In this document: positions 1 through 11,589 of the stretch, piece by piece | Position numbering within the stretch: position 1 is the stretch's first letter | Layout of the letters: each line of letters starts with the position of its first letter | NCBI RefSeq assembly: GCF_964355755.1 | Contig: NC_092680.1 | Span: forward strand, 1,240,001-1,304,000 | Origin: Antedon mediterranea | Lineage: Eukaryota; Animalia; Echinodermata | Reading direction: 5' to 3' | Length of the DNA stretch: 64,000 nt | The notes under the pieces: generated by a model | Told to the model about the DNA's origin: nothing | Databases searched by the model: none | What the model saw: only the letters and a program-made list of their open reading frames with translations | Position numbers and translations under genes: made by a program

Positions 1-152
1 TCACTGCTTATATCATTATACTGCCCTCTGTACATTATCTGAGTGCTTTTATATACATTTGCACATGCTCAGATCGTTTTTTTGTGTTTGCAATTAAGAA
101 GAGGAGACTCATGATTTTTTAAATAAAATAAGAAATACATTTTTATAGTATA

Positions 153-366
153 TTTTTAGTCGCGTGGCCGCGACTCTATAGTTCACTATGTCGGTCGGTC
201 GGTCGGTCTGTCGGTCTGTCTGTCGGTCCGGTATCACTATGCGTTTTATCGCTTTTCTGTACTTTTTTAACTGTTTTGATGTACAGAAAAGTTTTAAAGT
301 ACATTACTTTTTGAAAGTTCATTTTTTTTTTCTGAGAGCACGCGACTTATGGCTGTTGGCCTTGTT
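153..366 (+). mobile_element. Helentron/DINE-1-like non-autonomous element (HINE-type)
   Basis: T-run start, 5' inverted repeat GTCGCG..CGCGAC, a (GTCG/GTCT)n microsatellite at about 189-229, a second CACGCGAC sub-terminal repeat near 339-346, and a short 3' hairpin GGCTGTTGGCC followed by TTGTT. This order of parts matches DINE-1/HINE architecture. Confidence 0.6.
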
Positions 367-781
367 CTCTATTGTATCAACCTCTTTATGCATATAACAA
401 CAAGGTTTCTCAACCACTATAACTTTTCAGCTTCTCGGAATAGCGTCAATCAGTGCCATATATTAAAAATGCATTTTCCCTTCGTTTCAACAGTGGAGTT
501 ATTTCATTAATATGCTTAAATCTAGTCTTAACCATAATATCTCCTACTGTTTTTATACCTGAATTCACCTAAGATTTACAGAATACTGATTTTTTGTTAT
601 GCATGACATATATTATATTCTCCCATATAAACCTCTGAGTTTTTATTTCACATATACATTGATGTTTTTTTGCATAAATATTATTAAACCGTATGCAGGC
701 TTTAAGCATATTTATATAGAATGTATTCACATATTATTTGAGTGCATTATGCTTCTCAAAGTTTGCTTCCGTCATACTTAA

Positions 782-1325
782 AGATGTATTGTCCCTTTGA
801 CTAATTCCAAAAAAATAAAAAATAAAAGATTTCGAAAAAAGATGGTCATTTTGAAGTATCATAATAGTTATTAACTATCACCAAACATTTTTCGAAAAAA
901 ATAAAATTTAACTGAAATGCAGACGTTTTTTTGTTAAAAAAATAACTTTGACTTCCAGTCAAAGTTTTCAATCAAAACATATCCCATAATGAAACGCGCT
1001 TGTTTGGATACTCTGTATGCATAATCATAAAACTTCCTCATGATCTGTGTGAAAATACCTTCTTAACCGTGACGAGTAAACAATCCTAATTTAGCATATG
1101 CATAATGCGTACTCATGGTTTGAAATCTTTGTTTACTTTCGCTCGTGACGAGTTTCCAGATGAAATGTAATCAAACTAATTTACCTGTTAATTACGTAAA
1201 TTTGTTGTTTTTGGCTCAAATTTTCGACTTAAAGTGAATAACTTTAATATTACTTTGATATGGCCACTTTAAATTTAAAATATGTTGACCTTCATTTTGT
1301 GTGTGTTTCAAGGGACAATACATCT
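782..1325. mobile_element. Non-autonomous DNA transposon, Kolobok-like
   Basis: Perfect TIR AGATGTATTGTCCCT (782-796) / AGGGACAATACATCT (1311-1325), flanked by TTAA on both sides (778-781, 1326-1329). AG..CT termini with a TTAA TSD are typical of Kolobok. Confidence 0.75.
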
Positions 1326-1770
1326 TTAATCAAACACCGCGAATGACCAACAATACCATCTTCCCTCGCTGCACAAACTCGTTTGCATAACAACGCACAC
1401 GGCAAACTCAACTTGACTCAAAAAGACCATAAGCATACTAGAACTGTAACTGTTAACACTTATGGTTAATACAGGACAATTGGGTAAGATCATTTTTAAT
1501 ACAGCTTATTCATTTGCACGTTACCCTATTATATGGTTTTCTTGTTTATAACATCGCCATCCGTTTGGTATGATACATTTATTTAATGTGACTTGAAAGT
1601 TATTATATTTATGTTATATATCATGAAATGCTGTTTATGGTGCAGGAATCTTACTGTAATAAAATGCAAATCATGTAAGAGTAAATTACATCTATTCTTT
1701 ATGATACTATTGTTTTACAGCTAGTAAATATTTAATTTGGCATGTATGCTAGTCCTTCGGCTGTGTCAAG

Positions 1771-4700
1771 ATGTTAACAAAATACAAATTACCGCTGTTG
1801 TTTATGGTACTGGTAGCCCTTGCCGTTATTTCAGGAATGTTGTCGGTAAGATACTACACTCTATTTTCGTTACGAAAGGTACGAATGAAGACGACTGTTT
1901 AGCAAAACAAATACCATTATGCCTACAGAAAAGAAGATGTTTCGGGATAAAACTTTGTATTAATAACAATATTATTCGAAAATGGAGAATTTTTCAGTAT
2001 ATTTGTTGATATGACTCATCTGGTCGTCAGCGAATGAAAGGTGGAGACTTTTAGGCCTACAGAAAATAACAAAAAAAAAAGCTTACGGATATTCTTTGAA
2101 AATATAACAATAATGCTATAGTATTAAAGGCCAGGTGCGGGCAAAAAATTTCTGTTGATCATACATTCCAATAATTATCGATCTATAGTTTCCCATATGT
2201 TTCATAATTTTTGGGATTTTATTTGTGTTACACGAGCTTGTTGAAAATAAGCACTTTCTTATCAGTGGGGGGATAGTTCAAATTACACAGTAAAATATCT
2301 ATTCTTTTGTACACAAATTTTGTAAATAGAATGAAAAATAAACGGTGTGGTAAAAAATGTTATCAGATGACTAAATATAGGTAATATAACTTGAATATTA
2401 CATTTCTGATATTTTTATTCAACTTCAGATTTTTATTTTCATGCTATAGAAAAAAATATCCACCGTATATCCACCATCTTTTTTCACCGTCTAGGGAGTC
2501 ACCAGACATGTTATTACATTAGGTTAACTACCTAACTACTGAAAAAAAGTCTTCCTGGTTTTTATGGAAGAATTTTGCCAAATTTTGTATTTGACCATAT
2601 TAAGGGAAATTCATGTTTTTTCGTCTCGATTTCTGTTACAAATATTTGATATATGTACAATTAACCAAATATTAAATTCATGCCTGTACCTGAGCTTTAA
2701 AGCCTTAGTAACAATAGCATATGAAGTGATGGATAAAGCCAATTAGCTAGACATTGTACTTATGTAACATTTCTTTCAATTGTAGGCAAATATTCTCAAG
2801 ACAGTCTCAGTAAAAAGTAAAAGCAGATCAAAGACAATTACAAAAAAAATTACAAATAAGTTGCCACTATACCAAGTTGTTAAGGCATCTAAACTAGGTA
2901 GAGGTGTCCAACGTAATTACCATGCCGATCACTTAGCGGGTAACATGGGGTTACCTGATGTTTCTGAGACAAAAATTCGTATTACCAACAACATTATTCA
3001 TAAGGGAGAATTTTTCAGTATATTTGTTGATTTATATGATTCCTCTGGTCGTCAGCGAATAAAAGGTGGAGACTTTTTGTTTGCAAAATTATCTATAAAT
3101 GGTACACGTTCCGCAGGAAAAATTATTGATTTTGACAATGGAACATATGAAGTGATTTACTTCGCTTCACATGAAGGAATTGTGCAACCGAACATCCTTC
3201 TTGTTCATCCTCAAGAAGCTGTAGACTATCTTGAAAATAAACTATGGCCTATAGAAGGACGCGTCTATTGGCGTGCCACGTTTACTTCAAAAGGACAACA
3301 AGAACAAACATTGTGTATGCTTAAAAAGGGTGGAAGTTGGAAAAACAAATGTGAATACACTTATCCCGAAGCTCTTGGTGGAATTATGTTTATTTGTGAT
3401 AAACCAAAAACATTACCATGCGATTCTCTAAAATTTACAAACACTGCTAGAGACATTGTTGCCGAGAATTTCAAAAACACTTCACATGAGGTATTAAACT
3501 ATTTTGCAAAGTAAGTATCACTTTAAGGCATATTAGTTCCTTTCAAACCTTATTTTTATTAAGTCTGTATCCTCGATGAAATTACGTCGACAGATATGCG
3601 TCTTTAAAAATTATTAATTTTCATCATCATTGTATAGCTAGGTTTAAACAACGGTATTATTATGTTTAAATCCATCCAACACATAATCTATTTTATAACT
3701 TCACTGTGTATTTTTCTTTTCTTAGGGAAGTGCAGTATGCAGCGATTACTTACATATCATCTATACCTATCATTGTAAAATCTGCTGAAAGTGAGTATGA
3801 AAGTTGTTTTAGTAAAAACTCACTCGGGAAAATATTTAAATTGATATCATTATAGTCCTTACCGTTTGAAACTGTGAAAGTCTACACAGCTCAGGCGGCA
3901 ACCACTTGAGCCTATGCTGGTATTATCAAAATTAAGAATGGGAGAAATTGAGCCATATGTAGAATTAAAATAATTTTGCCCCGGAAGCAAACATTTCAGA
4001 AAGTAACGGTGTGTGTAACTTAATATTATCTATTTAGATCCATTGGTGAATAGACCTTTATTGGAATCAATTGATCTGCCTGTCTGCAAAGGAATGATAC
4101 CAAGTCCGTTGAGTGATGGGTTCTGGACTGGTGACGTATGGCATTCACTAGTCTGCAAAACGAAGCAATGGAGTCCATCTGAAATACGCAGATGCGTCAG
4201 AGGAAAACACCTCGTACTAATGGGCGACTCAACTACTAGACAATGGGGAGAGGTTTTGTTAAAAACATTAGAACTAAGCACAAAGCATGTACATTTCCAA
4301 CACATTACAGAAAGAAGTGATACGCTAAATCTAACGTTTTATTTTCACCCATTTATGCTAGGCTCTAGCAAAAATGATTTAACAAAATTGACATTTGATG
4401 TTGATATTTTGAATGGTCTCGTTGGATGCGATTACTACATAGTAATCAGTCCTTGGGCACATTATACACAATGGGCAAGAGATTCATACAAAGAAAGACT
4501 GCAGTTATTAAAAGTAGCTGTACTTCGTTTTAAGGATAGATGCCCCAATACTCCCGTGGTTTTAAAGTCTCCACATCCTAGAAACCACAAAAATTTGGCG
4601 CAACTTATATACGCTAACGATTACATAATTTACAGGTTGAGACAGCTGATGATGTCTGTGTTCACTGATACTGATGTATTTTTTATTGACGTATGGGATA

Positions 4701-4813
4701 TGGTTATTTCACATCCCTCGAAAACCCAAATTCATATGCCGTCATCAGTTATTTTGCAACAACTCTATGTTTTCTTTTCCCATGTATGTGAATACAATGA
4801 ATCCTATTTTTAG
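1771..4813 (+). CDS. NXPE: NXPE family (neurexophilin/PC-esterase domain) type II membrane protein, putative sialate O-acetyltransferase, 546 aa
   Basis: Coding exons 1771-1845, 2786-3510, 3726-3790 and 4038-4813 have GT-AG borders and join in frame (1641 nt). N-terminal signal anchor MLTKYKLPLLFMVLVALAVISGMLS; motifs GGDFLFA, GKIIDFDNGTY, LLVHP, MGDSTTRQW and DVWDM...IHMP. AATAAA at 4928-4933. Probable 5' UTR exon ending at 1483 with an acceptor at 1720. Confidence 0.92.
1936..2052 (+). pseudogene. Degenerate copy of part of NXPE exon 2 inside intron 1
   Basis: Aligns by eye to about 2957-3077 (GGAGAATTTTTCAGTATATTTGTTGAT..TCTGGTCGTCAGCGAAT.AAAGGTGGAGACTTTT) and carries indels. Confidence 0.8.
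2128..2696. mobile_element. Degenerate Kolobok-like non-autonomous element in NXPE intron 1
   Basis: TTAA|AGGCCAGGTGCGGGCA at the left end and TGCCTGTACCTGAGCT|TTAA at the right end form imperfect TIRs with TTAA flanks. Confidence 0.55.
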
Positions 4814-5043
4814 TCCCACCTAACTAGCTGATTACCTAGGCCTACTTTATACCAGTGGTTGAATTTCACTTGGTGCATATCCTATGCCATATATTAAAAT
4901 GTGATATTATTATTGTGTAATTTTGTAAATAAATTGTTGAATACAGCAATGTTTGCTAGAAAAGAGTTTTTTTTATTAACTTATCATACACAGACGATAA
5001 AAGTGGACAATGCAAAACTCTAAAATACTACTATTAGGCGAGA

Positions 5044-5149
5044 AAACATACATAGATAGGCCTAAAGATATACACAAACATACATAGATAGGCCTAAAGA
5101 TATACACAAACATACATAGATAGGCCTAAAGATATACACAAACATACAT
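5044..5149. repeat. 32-bp tandem repeat, about 3.3 copies
   Basis: The unit AAACATACATAGATAGGCCTAAAGATATACAC starts at 5044, 5076, 5108 and 5140 (partial). Confidence 0.95.
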
Positions 5150-5682
5150 TTCATATACATTACATAAAACTATAAAATTTGATGCTCGAAAGATTTTAGA
5201 GGAAATCTGAGTGATTTTATTTTGAATTTGAAAACAAGCCTACCAAACACGAACACGTATTTTTAGTACTTTTTATTTAAAATGTTCTCATATAAATAAT
5301 TTTTTTTAAACATATGTATATCAAAAGAAAAATGCAATAAGGAATATTCGTTTTTTATAAACATTTTTCAATAAAACTTGAAGAGGCAAACAGTTAGATG
5401 AAAAACAGCAACCACAATATATATAAAAAACCTGAAGAAACACACGTCCCAATGAATTAGTTGGGTGGTCGCAAAGCGAAATCTCTAAATATTCGATCTG
5501 ATATGATGACACACCCTGCCCTACTGTACGTCCTAAAGTGTGGAAGATTGGGCATCCGAAGATTGCTACCAATCGGTGTGCTCTATGTGGGTACCAGTTA
5601 ATATTTTACTTAGCAAAATTAATTTGATTTTGTTTGTCAAATTAATATAATAATATATAAAAATATATAAAAATCAATTTGC

Positions 5683-6358
5683 ATGTGTTTTTGCCCTAGG
5701 AAAAGAAAACTGAATGGTAATTATGTTACTGTTCTATGTGGTAAAGAACTAAATTACGTTCAATCCACTACCTACCTTGGTTGTGTTATCAGCAATGATA
5801 CTAGGGACGAACTGGATATTAAAAGGCAATATCGATCATTATGTATTAGAGGTAACTCTCTTTGTAGAAAATTTAGTAAATGCTCAACAGATGTTAAGAT
5901 TAATTTGTTTAAGTCATACTGTATTAGTATGTATTGTGCGGCCTTATGGTGCGATTTTAATGTAAAAACTATAAAGTCATTACAGGTCTGTTATAATAAC
6001 GCACTTAGAAAGATTTTAAGACGCTCAAGGAGCTGTAGTGCTAGTGCTATGTTTTTTGATAGCCATGTTCCCTCCTTCTATGAGTACATTCGGAAATCAA
6101 TTTTTTGTTTCAAAACAAAAATTGAAAAAAGCTGTAATACTTTAATTACATGTGTTTTTTCTCGTATTCTAAAAGATTCAAAGTTGCATAGAAAATGGAC
6201 AGAACTTTTGTATATTTAATCTCATGTATACTTTTACGTGTGTTAACTAGTATCAGTATAGCCATAATAATGTGTTGTTTTTGTAAACTTTATGTGTTTC
6301 ATATGGACAGTTTGTCTGAAATAAAGTTGAATTGAATTGAATTGAATTGAATTGAATT
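5683..6358 (+). mobile_element. 5'-truncated non-LTR retrotransposon (C-terminal part of the RT ORF plus 3' UTR; RTE-X-like assignment tentative)
   Basis: ORF 5683-6219 has the YLG motif and a post-RT region (DIKRQ..RKF..CS..VK..LFKSYC..MY...LW). It is followed by AATAAA at about 6319 and a (TTGAA)n tail to about 6358. Confidence 0.8.
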
Positions 6359-6793
6359 AATATATATAAATAAATTATATTATTTTATACACAACTTACA
6401 CAAGTATACTGTTTTGCGAATAACTATTCTTATTGCATAACCTGTTACAATACATGAATACTTATTCTGATATTCAGATATATTCAGATAATATTTATTT
6501 AGATAATAATGAATGAATATATACAAAATAGAAAAAAGATATTAAAGTGAACATAGATAAAACAGTAATTGGTAGTCATTATTATCATGGATCCCTTCTA
6601 GAAGTTAAAAACTTGATTCCGTACTGATTATTTTACCCCGATTAGTGCTTTATATCCTGACATGTTTTGATTATATATTATCGTTCGATTTTTTGGTAAT
6701 TATAACAATCTCATTATTTTTTATTATTTATTTTTTATTGCATCATAATTTTGCAGTCTATGAAAGATTTCCTGGTAATAAAATGTATTCAAA

Positions 6794-8577
6794 TTAACAT
6801 ATCCACCCAGCAACGTTACGTAGTATCGGTTGGTTATTGGTGTCTGTAGCGTAATGTGAGATTTTCTGCCAAAACTGTTTGTTCTGCCCACTGTTGACAG
6901 GTTCACACATATTCATTGTCGGATCAACTGGGTCTAATACTAGAGGCCTGGAAGAAAATACATAAACATTAAAAAGTGTAGGCCTACGTGTCCGTCAGGG
7001 GATGCAGTCATCGAAAAGTGTTGGCCTACATGGTGGATACTGATCACTCGCGTCACTGGGTCAGAACCGTCAACGATGTATAATAAAGATGAACAAAATC
7101 AAACTTTCCAAACAAATTTTTACTAAATATAATAATTCGCACTATAAAAAATGATAGAATAAAATGTAAGCATAAACCCATTAACTTCCTGACAATGGTA
7201 AATATGTTTTCGATCAAATTTGAGGTCAAAGCATGGAGGTATAAAATGAGTGTATACCATGGTGAAAGTGATTATCTATTATTACTATATGTGAATTTAT
7301 GATTTATATTATTTATGATTTTGTTAGTAAAATCATTTGAGGCAGGTTAAATGATAAATCAATGATTTGTAGCATGCAGTAGGCGGATTTATATATATAT
7401 ATATATAGAACTCAACGGCCTTTGCTACGATGGATATGTATGTGAGATCCCTACCACCTGTATACCACCTGTACCAAAATAACAGTAGTTTACTTACAGT
7501 TCAGGGTGTTTCTGTTTTCTTGAGCAATTACTGTCAACTTCTTCAAACATCCCATGCCAGTCGATATTTATATCATTTCCCTTAGTTAACTCAGACATAA
7601 CTGTTTTCATTCCTCGTGAAATGTCAAAATCTGCATTACTACCTGCGCGTTTCCAACACCAGAGCACAATTGACTCGATGATGTAGTCTGAGAGCTTAGC
7701 CACGTCGTGTCGTTCACAGATGTGTAAGTTCCAGTGGTGTAACAAACGCATCAGGTTTTTAACTTTATCCGGTAGCGACTTAATAAGATTAAGTCTGTGT
7801 TCGTTTAGTGCTGTAGAACAGTACTCTCTTAATTCGAGGTTAGTGGCGATGTCATTGTACACATTTAGGCCTAATTGAAAGAAGAACAAATACATTTATA
7901 TACGTGTATCCCTTTCATATGAAACACTGTGAAAAAAAATCATAAAAAAAGTACCATTTTACACAATTATTAATAACCTATTATTGAAAACTTTAAGAAA
8001 ATACTGTGAATATGTAATATTAATTTCAGTTTTTTTTATTTTTGATGAATTGATTTTACTTGACTCAATTAGAATTGATATAATTATTCTGAAAAAAAGT
8101 ACATATTACTACTGTATACGTACCAAAATCAGACTGGGACCTTGAAGAAATATCATAGGAAGGGTTTATACGAACACAGAACCAACTGCCTTCGACCAAT
8201 ACTTCAAATGCAATGGATTGTGTTGAATCGCGCTCGATATTTCTCACGTTCTCCATAGACTTCATTCGTCTCTCTATTTTGGCAAGGATTTCTGACATCT
8301 TTGCTTTCATATCTTGGACACTTCTAAAGTCATCTAAGAACAAAATAACTTCACAGTTTGTTCTTCCTTTCAGTGATGTACCTCTTTCAAGTGATCCGCC
8401 CTGTTAAATTCATTGTTTTTATTTTGTATTATAGGCCTAATTCAAATTGTTTCTTGATCATCATCATCATCATTATTATCACTATGTTATTATTATTACT
8501 ATATACTAAATTATTTTAATAACCTATTATATCGATAAATATTAACCTATCGGATTATGTTGCTTTGCTGTCTATGG

Positions 8578-8657
<80 letters not shown>

Positions 8658-9003
8658 CCTAGACATTATTATATGAACAATTATGACGACAAAAGCACCC
8701 CATAGATAAGGAATGAATGATTTTTAAAAGGAAGGATCGAGAAAGTAAAGATCGGTCATTAATCATCACGTGATCTAAACGCTTTTAGGACATATATATT
8801 TTGAGAACCTAAATATATCTGTGGATATATACCTTGACAACACGACGTATTTTTAATGCAGTTTTGTTTTTTAAAAACTCTATTAAACCGTCTATTCTAT
8901 GCCTAAAAGCATCTAGGTGGGCGTCCGAAGGTATTAAAGCCTCTACGATGAATCTGTCCAAATCCACACAATTCTTGTCAACGAAATCCATATTCCAAAG
9001 CAT
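6794..9003 (-). CDS. OAS: 2'-5'-oligoadenylate synthetase-like protein, 324 aa, catalytic triad substituted
   Basis: Exons 9003-8833, 8400-8124, 7870-7498 and 6947-6794 have GT-AG borders and join in frame (975 nt). OAS motifs: LDRFI..L.P, VVK|GGSLERGTSLKG, INPSYD, KVKNLMRLLHHW, YIIESIVLWCW, FDISRGMKTV, PLVLDPVDPT.N. The K|GGS intron sits where it does in vertebrate OAS1. An acceptor directly before the ATG implies an upstream exon. Confidence 0.9.
8579..8656. repeat. (TA)n microsatellite, about 39 units
   Basis: Uninterrupted TA run in the intron between the first two OAS-like coding exons. Confidence 0.98.
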
Positions 9004-9539
9004 TCTGTAAACAAAACAATTATCAAATATAAATGTAACACAATAATCTTAATATACTACAAATTGTCTTAAAGCTCTGTCTACACTATCAAATTAGTTT
9101 GACGACAAACAAAAGTGTTATGTGCCCAAATATGGAACCAGTAAGAATAACAAGCGACATTTGGTGTTCATAGTCCTATGAATAAGGCATATACAATATA
9201 TGCATAATTACAAATACCATATTGTTTTCGCGTAATTGTATAATTATTATTATTTGTATAGGGCTATGCTTTTCTGACACGAATCAAACTTTTAATAATT
9301 GAAATTTCAAGATGTAATTGATCGAAATTTGCAGTTAACGAGATCATCATCTCGTCATAATTGTTCATATAATAATGTCTAGGCTATATATCTTTATATA
9401 ACCATAGATCATCATACTTTTGCTATAATATATATAGAAAGAATCCACATGTACTGGAAATAATAAACTGAATATCTTCTTTTTTAAGACAAAATGTATA
9501 AATAATCATGTTAGAAAAACAGTATCGCTTTTTGATGAT

Positions 9540-9740
9540 GAACAACTCTAAAATGTATATAGGAAATGTTTTTTTTTTATTTTGTATCTATTATGTTGTG
9601 TTTATTGTTTTATGTTTTTTATGTAAAAGGGTCCTGCGAAAACAGAAGTGTAAACTTCTCTATGCAGGATCCTTGCCATCATTTATGCTATGAAACTGTA
9701 TTTATAAACGATGAGTAAATAAATGTGAATTGAATTGAAT
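9540..9740 (+). mobile_element. 3' end remnant of a LINE/SINE
   Basis: T-rich tract, stem-loop AAGGGTCCTGC..GCAGGATCCTT, AATAAA, then a (TGAAT)n tail. Confidence 0.5.
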
Positions 9741-9880
9741 GTCAAATTTAATGAATGAATGCAAGTATACAAAGATTTCGAAATTCGTGATGACTAATTT
9801 ATTTTTTTAATAAAAAAAAATCGGCTGTCAGTTCCATTCTTAGACTATTTGATACCTATTACAGTAGCTCTAGTAGTATA

Positions 9881-9957
9881 GTAAATAGTACCGTTAAGTG
9901 TTGTACGTATGGACATATATGTATATTATACGTACAACACTTAACGGTACTATTTAC
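9881..9957. repeat. Perfect 30-bp inverted repeat with 17-nt loop
   Basis: GTAAATAGTACCGTTAAGTGTTGTACGTAT (9881-9910) and its exact reverse complement (9928-9957). Confidence 0.95.
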
Positions 9958-10280
9958 ATATGCGGGATTAGCGTGTATTTTCGAGTAAAATTATCGAGTA
10001 TCGCCTTAGTAAGTTGTATTACAAAACATCGAATAATGGGGATAGACAAGTCCTTGTTTACACTTTATTACTGAATGCTTTTAAATAGTATTTGCTTTTA
10101 GGGAGTCCACTGATAAGTAAATAACTCCAAAAAAGTGAGGCAAATCATTATAATTCAATATTTCGAACTTTATTTGTTTATTTTCATTCAATTCACTGTC
10201 ACTGTGAGATTAATAATTAATCAGTAAGTGGATAAGTTATAACAAACATACTACTGTGTATAGACACAACACTGTTTGAC

Positions 10281-10310
10281 CATGGAGGAAATATATAGTT
10301 TGACTCCATG
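10281..10310. mobile_element. 30-bp micro-element with CATGGAG/CTCCATG termini and 7-bp TSD
   Basis: GTTTGAC|CATGGAG...CTCCATG|GTTTGAC. Confidence 0.6.
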
Positions 10311-11040
10311 GTTTGACTGAACCACTGGAACCACGCCCCTACCCGTTTCTACCTGCACTCTTATGTTAAGATAGAGTGCCGTCTTTTTAACACACGCTAA
10401 CTTATTTATAATTATATATACTTTATATAAAATGACTCCTGAATAATTTTTATACGTGGTAATGTGTTCAACAACATCAAGTAAGATAAAGTATAAAGCT
10501 ACTTAAGGCCTAGTTCTATACTGTTATTATCTGCAAGTGTGTTAAATAAACAAATAACAGTATTGTACTTACGTGACTGTGTTGTTATTTACAATTTCTT
10601 TTAAGAAAGTGTACGAAGCCCGGCTATGTTTAATAATACAGTGAATATTATACAATAAATGTGCATGTAGTCCTACTAGTGTAAATGTAGGGAAACTGTA
10701 CCAGTATTTTCATTTCCACGGTTGAGTAATTCAAGGGTAACTCTTAGTCACAGAGTCCATCCGATTACGATAATAATATTAATATATATAACGCAGCAGC
10801 AGGGTTAATATAGCAGACAATAGGTCAGCGTCCGTAGTAACACAGTAATTGTTATTTATTAGTCAACAAAGATAGGCAACAATCTTTTATTATAACAAAG
10901 CTTTAGGAGATTAAAGGCCTACGTAGATGGATTTTTTTTGTAATTAAATCGTCCGTAAACTCCTACACAATAGTCACCTAACTTGATAGAAAATCACATC
11001 ACTCTTAAATACAAAACATACAACAATACTATTTTGCTAA

Positions 11041-11256
11041 AGCTTGGTTCCCACTAGCGACGCAACATAACGCAACCTACGCAGCGTAAGAAAATGTCCT
11101 TCCAATAATTGTGTTTGCCCCCGCCTTCGTGAAATCAAACCTGCGATGTTTGCATCACTGTGCGTTCTCGGTTCCCACTTGTGATTACGCAATACAGCAC
11201 TTTGCGTCGATACGTCGCTGCGTAGTGTTGCGTTGCGTTCTAGTAGGAATCACGAT
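11041..11256. mobile_element. MITE family A (TIR AGC[GT]TGGTTCCCACTAG; PIF/Harbinger-like)
   Basis: TIRs plus an internal sequence shared with the copies at 15013, 31810, 34311 and 35444; preceded by TAA. Confidence 0.8.
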
Positions 11257-11589
11257 TTACAAACGCTGATTTAAACCAAACGTTAAGGTGCATGCGTTTA
11301 GGACAGATTGGTGTTAAAATGGCCTAGGCATATACGACAGCAGAATATAATTGTATTATCGATTATTATGTATGCATCCAAGTATGTCATTTATAGTTTT
11401 GCAAACTAATGCTTGTCAATATATCAGGAATGATTGACCCGGGGCGATATGCTTGATGAACTATACAAAATGTTGTAATCTGAGCTTGCTTCATAGACAT
11501 ACGTATAGATAGTATTTACACTAATTAAATATCAAAGCCAGTGCCCTGGTTTGTGTCAAATAAGGGCACATTATAGGCCTACACACCAT

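Noticed and set aside
1737-2009. 90-aa ORF in the track
   Set aside because: Wrong frame for the true NXPE exon (ATG 1771); it runs into intron 1 and the decayed exon copy.
6794-9003. cGAS/cGLR (Mab21) or bacterial CD-NTase identity
   Set aside because: The LDPxDPT.N and LxRLxxHW motifs and OAS1-like intron positions indicate the OAS family.
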